Below are positions 63,448-64,000 of a DNA stretch of 64,000 nt, piece by piece. Each line of letters starts with the position of its first letter. Positions within the stretch are counted from its first letter, which is position 1. Origin of the DNA: Nitrospirota bacterium (GTDB taxonomy: Bacteria; Nitrospirota; UBA9217); the NCBI GenBank assembly GCA_963845065.1, contig CAWJQQ010000001.1, positions 576,001-640,000 of the forward strand. The letters are read 5' to 3'. The position numbers and the translations under genes are program-made. The notes beneath the pieces are model-generated. The model made no database searches, was not told the origin of the DNA, and worked only from the letters and a program-made list of their open reading frames with translations.

Positions 63448-63852
63448 CTATATAATTCGCCTTTGGGTTTTGGTGGATTCAAGAACCGAGTCTGGGAAAA
63501 GCTTTTCAACTTCCAGATGTATTTCACCGGAGGTGAATGGTTTTTTCAAAATACCCTCTGCGAGACGGTGGGCTTCAATCGTACTATCTTTTGCCTTCAA
63601 GATGACCGCAATAATTGGAATATTTTTGAAAGCTTCCTGTTCTTTGACACGGTTTATGAATTCAATGCCGCTCATGTGGGGCATATGCATATCAACAATA
63701 AGAAGACTTATGTCAGGATTTTGGGTAAGCTTGTTCAGCCCCTCCTGTCCATTAGATGCGGTAAGAACTGGACATTTATATCTAGCCAGTGTTATTTGAT
63801 AAATTTGATGAAGTGCAACCGAGTCATCAACAACAAGAATTTTTTTCAGCAT
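63448..63852 (-). CDS. Stand-alone response regulator receiver (CheY-like)
   Basis: ILVVDDS, IVDMHMPHMSG, KPF. Confidence 0.85.
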   Translation of the reverse strand: MLKKILVVDDSVALHQIYQITLARYKCPVLTASNGQEGLNKLTQNPDISLLIVDMHMPHMSGIEFINRVKEQEAFKNIPIIAVILKAKDSTIEAHRLAEGILKKPFTSGEIHLEVEKLFPDSVLESTKTQRRII

Positions 63853-64000
63853 AATAATTGTAACTCCTCTAACGGTGAAGATACCGCATCGTGAGTCTAT
63901 TTTTTGATATAAGCATTCAAGCCGATAATGACGGTCTTACCGTCAATCTTCACATCTGTTTCCTTGTCCCCCCTTGTACTGGCTTCCACAAGAGTTTTTC

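Noticed and set aside
63897..64000. Partial minus-strand gene (..ASTRG / KETDVKIDGKTVIIGLNAYIKK*)
   Set aside because: Cut by the window edge and apparently frameshifted; cannot be assigned

Overview
Accessory, mobile-element-rich and partly decaying 64 kb region. The gene content suggests an anaerobic Nitrospirota/Desulfobacterota-like organism (inference only). Intact cargo: a Mg2+/divalent-metal uptake operon (OprB-like porin, NRAMP-related transporter, an unannotated 58-aa membrane peptide, cytosolic MgtE-N/CBS protein) behind a tandemly duplicated uORF-containing structured leader; a probable selenocysteine-containing ArsM-like methyltransferase; two tupA; two pstS, psiE and a phosphoesterase sharing a 4x11-bp Pho-box-like promoter; a B12 radical SAM protein, a GH5 lipoprotein and a CFI-box-CTERM protein. 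Mobile DNA: complete IS1380 and IS256 with target duplications, remnants of IS3, IS630, IS110/IS1111, ISL3, a second IS256 and a group IIC intron, and a RIT element inserted in the catalytic motif of a tyrosine recombinase. Best candidate for a poorly described system: three copies of a tyrosine recombinase + IS91-type HUH transposase element whose two ends, when joined, fold into an integron-attC-like hairpin. One copy interrupts an attC-like site in an apparently decayed cassette array, and another interrupts a dispersed ~410-bp repeat whose empty version is also in the window. All alignments and folds were done by eye.
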